Notes under the pieces: generated by a model | Told to the model about the DNA's origin: nothing | Database searches by the model: none | Seen by the model: the letters and a program-made list of their open reading frames with translations, nothing else | Translations under genes and position numbers: made by a program | Shown: positions 61,246 through 64,000 of the stretch, in pieces | Position numbering within the stretch: position 1 is the stretch's first letter | Layout of the letters: each line of letters begins with the position of its first letter | Assembly (NCBI GenBank): GCA_026129095.1 | Contig: JAHCIT010000001.1 | Location: forward strand, 186,245 to 250,244 | DNA: 64,000 bases | Direction of reading: 5' to 3' | DNA from: Deltaproteobacteria bacterium | GTDB taxonomy: Bacteria; JAGRBM01; JAHCIT01

Positions 61246-62289
61246 TTGCTCCTCATTTTGCATTGCGTCAGAATGGCTGGAATGTTTCACAGCCCTCCCA
61301 ACTGTCCGGTTTCAAAGCCGACCCTGCTGCTTGCCGCACTGATAGGCGTTCTATTCCTCTCCTGTGGACCCAAAAGCGATGACGCAGCGCGTAGCCCTGC
61401 CCCGTCATCGGGACAGCCCCCTGCTGCCACTCAGCCGACCGGCACCGCCCCCCCCACCTACCTGCCGACACCACCGGATCTCATCGAACGGTTCGGCACA
61501 CTTCCCCCCACGCCAGAACAGTTCGACGTGGTGGTGATTGACCCCGGTCATGGTGGTCATGACTGGGGCGCGATCGGAATTGGCGAGATACTGGAAAAAG
61601 ACGTTGTCCTGGCGGTTTCCCGGTTTGCTGCATCCTGCCTCCGGCAGGAAAAACCGGGCCTCAGGGTGTTTCTGACGCGGGAAGAGGACTTCTTCATTCC
61701 ACTCGCAGACCGGACGAAGATAGCGAACAACCTGAATGCCGACGTGTTTGTATCGATCCACGCCAATGCTGCCAAAAACCCCAAGGCGCAGGGGATCGAA
61801 ACCTACCTGATGAACCCGGAGGCCACAGACAGGGAAGCGCACCGGGTGGCGCTGGCGGAAAATGCTTCACTGGGCCTCGAAGGAGCCGATCCGAACGATC
61901 CGCTCCTTATGACCTTGTGGTCCCTGAAAAGTGCGCAGCATATCCGGGGAAGCGAGGACTTCGGCGCCGTCGTCCACCAGACGCTCGCCCGCGAATTCAA
62001 CTTCAGGAGCCGGGGTGTGCTCCAGGCCCCGTTTTTCGTGCTGGTGCGGGCCAACATGCCGGCCCTGCTCATCGAACTGGGATTTCTGACCAACGAGACG
62101 GATGCCACTTCGTTCCGGAATGAGGCTTACCTCAAGCGGCTTGGCCGTGGAATCTGCCGGGGGATTCTCGACTACGGAAGCGAATGGCCCCGTAAGCTGG
62201 ATCTGGGCCCCCGCAAGCGGATGACCGGCGACCGGAAGGAACCGAAGGGCGGGACAGCTTCACCGGGTAAGGAGCGGAAACCGGTGTAA
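61246..62289 (+). CDS. N-acetylmuramoyl-L-alanine amidase (Amidase_3), probable lipoprotein; start uncertain
   Basis: IDPGHGG, LEK, SIHAN, LIELGF. Confidence 0.9.
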   Translation: MLLILHCVRMAGMFHSPPNCPVSKPTLLLAALIGVLFLSCGPKSDDAARSPAPSSGQPPAATQPTGTAPPTYLPTPPDLIERFGTLPPTPEQFDVVVIDPGHGGHDWGAIGIGEILEKDVVLAVSRFAASCLRQEKPGLRVFLTREEDFFIPLADRTKIANNLNADVFVSIHANAAKNPKAQGIETYLMNPEATDREAHRVALAENASLGLEGADPNDPLLMTLWSLKSAQHIRGSEDFGAVVHQTLAREFNFRSRGVLQAPFFVLVRANMPALLIELGFLTNETDATSFRNEAYLKRLGRGICRGILDYGSEWPRKLDLGPRKRMTGDRKEPKGGTASPGKERKPV

Positions 62290-62459
62290 CTGAGGCCGTT
62301 CTCCTCCTCACCAAAAGTTTCCTATAATTTGCAGCATTAAGCATTCGCGCCGGACTTAGGCTCCGTTTCGCCGCACCGGATCTCCGTCAGAATCCGGAAC
62401 CCTTCTGACTTGCCGCCTTCGACCACGTCTCCTATGCCTAGGTAGCCTGAGGAGGCTCC

Positions 62460-63413
62460 ATGAACCTCGACCGGATGCTGGACAAATGCCAAAAAGGCCA
62501 ATGGAACGTCAACGATTTTGACTGGACGCAGAAGCCTGCATCGCTGTCAAGATTTGACGAGATGGAAGCCTGTCAGGCGTTCACCAATCTCATCTATATC
62601 GAACGGATCGCAGCTGCAGCGTTCCTTGAGTTCGCCAAGCAGGCAGCCGACCCCACGGAGAAGGCGATCTTCGGGACGTTTTATGACGATGAAATCCGCC
62701 ATGCCGAAGCCATGTGGCATCTCGCCAAGTATTTCGACGTTCACCAGTACCGCATCTACACGCCTGACCCGAACCTCGTGAAGTTTGTCCGCGCCATGAG
62801 CGAAATGATCAATGGCATCTCGCCAGAATTCGCCTCGGCAATGGTCACGGCCGGCGAACTGGTGCTGGACGTGGCCCTGCTCCGCTCGGTGAATGACTAT
62901 ATCGAAGATCCGCTTTCCCGTGCTGTCATCGAAAAGGTGAACCAGGACGAATCCCGCCACATCGCGATGGACTTCTACCTGTGCGAGAAATACGGCCAAG
63001 AGGCGGGCGAGCCGCCGTCCCTGAAGGATTTTTTCGATACGATGAGCAACCCGACCCTCGTTTCCGGCATGTACTGGGCCACCGTGGCGCTTTCGGAAAT
63101 GTTCGGCCGGATTCAGGCAATCATGGACCCGGCAGGGACGCGCTTTATCGAAGCTCAGCGGCGGTTCGCCATGCTGGGCGAGAAGAATCCCAAGATCGCC
63201 GCCAACCGGAACTATGCGGCGGTCCTCAGGATCAACACCGTTTCACAGGATTTCTTCGGAGGCCTCCGGCGGATCATGCAGCTGCTACGCGTCGGCCTGT
63301 TCCGCGAGATGAAGGAAGCCGAAAAACGTGGAGAAAAGCGCAAGGCTCCCAGGCAATCCGCAGGACATGATCCGGTGAAAACCGCCGTCGATCTCCTGGA
63401 AGAGATGAACTGA
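62460..63413 (+). CDS. ferritin-like diiron protein
   Basis: DEIRH and DESRH ExxH pairs; GAGGAGG RBS. Confidence 0.75.
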   Translation: MNLDRMLDKCQKGQWNVNDFDWTQKPASLSRFDEMEACQAFTNLIYIERIAAAAFLEFAKQAADPTEKAIFGTFYDDEIRHAEAMWHLAKYFDVHQYRIYTPDPNLVKFVRAMSEMINGISPEFASAMVTAGELVLDVALLRSVNDYIEDPLSRAVIEKVNQDESRHIAMDFYLCEKYGQEAGEPPSLKDFFDTMSNPTLVSGMYWATVALSEMFGRIQAIMDPAGTRFIEAQRRFAMLGEKNPKIAANRNYAAVLRINTVSQDFFGGLRRIMQLLRVGLFREMKEAEKRGEKRKAPRQSAGHDPVKTAVDLLEEMN

Positions 63414-63465
63414 TGTCTCCCTGGCCCCGGTAGCCCCAGCCGGGGGTTTCAGCTAGAAGCCACAC

Positions 63466-63861
63466 ATGATTAACCGAGATCCGATCAAACTTTCTGCCGA
63501 AGGCCCTGCCAGTGCCACCCGGCTGCATGAAATACTGAATGACCCCGGCCGTCTGCCGGAGTGGTCTTCGCTGGCGGCAAAGGTGAACTCCGTCACCGGC
63601 GACACGGTGGAGGCCGAAGCTCCCGGCGGCTCACGGACGATCTCATATGAATACGAGCCGGCCCGCAGCCATCTCGTCATTCGGACCAAGCGGGATACCT
63701 TTCCCCAGCAGTTCAGCTTCGAGTTCCGTGACCAGAGCGGCAAGGTACGAATCGATGCCGAAATCTTCCCCGGCGGCGAAATCACCGACGATGCCCGCGC
63801 TGAACTCCGTAAATCAGTCGAGGCCGACCTCGCCCGCCTGATCCAGAAAGCCAGGGGCTGA
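63466..63861 (+). CDS. SRPBCC-like protein
   Basis: LNDPGRLPEW and C-terminal ADLARL helix. Confidence 0.55.
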   Translation: MINRDPIKLSAEGPASATRLHEILNDPGRLPEWSSLAAKVNSVTGDTVEAEAPGGSRTISYEYEPARSHLVIRTKRDTFPQQFSFEFRDQSGKVRIDAEIFPGGEITDDARAELRKSVEADLARLIQKARG

Positions 63862-63874
63862 CACCCCTCGTTCC

Positions 63875-64000
63875 ATGAACGGATGGCCCCGGTCCCGGCG
63901 TTTCGCCGTGGTTATGGCTGCCGCCGCCGTGGGCGCGTCCGGACTGTATTCATTCGTCATCACACCGGCCATGTTCGCCAGGGTCCCGAACCCCGCCAGA
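63875..64000 (+). CDS. partial ORF with N-terminal hydrophobic segment
   Basis: MNGWPRSRRFAVVMAAAAVGASGLYSFV, open to the window end. Confidence 0.3.
   Translation, partial: MNGWPRSRRFAVVMAAAAVGASGLYSFVITPAMFARVPNPAR

Overview
GC-rich bacterial window; the tmRNA tag and gene content suggest a deltaproteobacterial/Myxococcota-like host (inference). Host genes lie at 1-15.6 kb (GH5, maeB, cysDNC, PAS-LuxR regulator, an osmC-acpS-pdhABC-acp-acsA cluster) and 57-64 kb (RNase G, M23 peptidase, amidase, ferritin-like protein). Between them is a ~41 kb genomic island integrated in the 3' end of the tmRNA gene (ssrA, 56675-57040, minus). It is bounded by a perfect 25-bp direct repeat (15726-15750 and 56675-56699), with xis-int at the right end and matching arm-type repeats at both ends. 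Cargo is defence/conflict-type: two Fic proteins, HipBA, an orphan AbiEi, a type III R-M pair, GIY-YIG, PLD, NERD-helicase, a Cas4-like DUF2779 protein, a double-AAA ATPase, an ArdC-like protein and an IMPase/ADP-ribosylglycohydrolase fusion. The main finding is an island-wide cis-regulatory system: 11 copies of a 17-bp palindrome GTGACA-N5-TGTCAC, each 9-10 bp upstream of a -10-like hexamer with no -35 element. They head most transcription units from 23.7 to 52 kb, and one sits beside a wHTH-WYL-WCX regulator gene. This resembles PafBC-type activated promoters and suggests an undescribed nucleic-acid-sensing WYL regulon.
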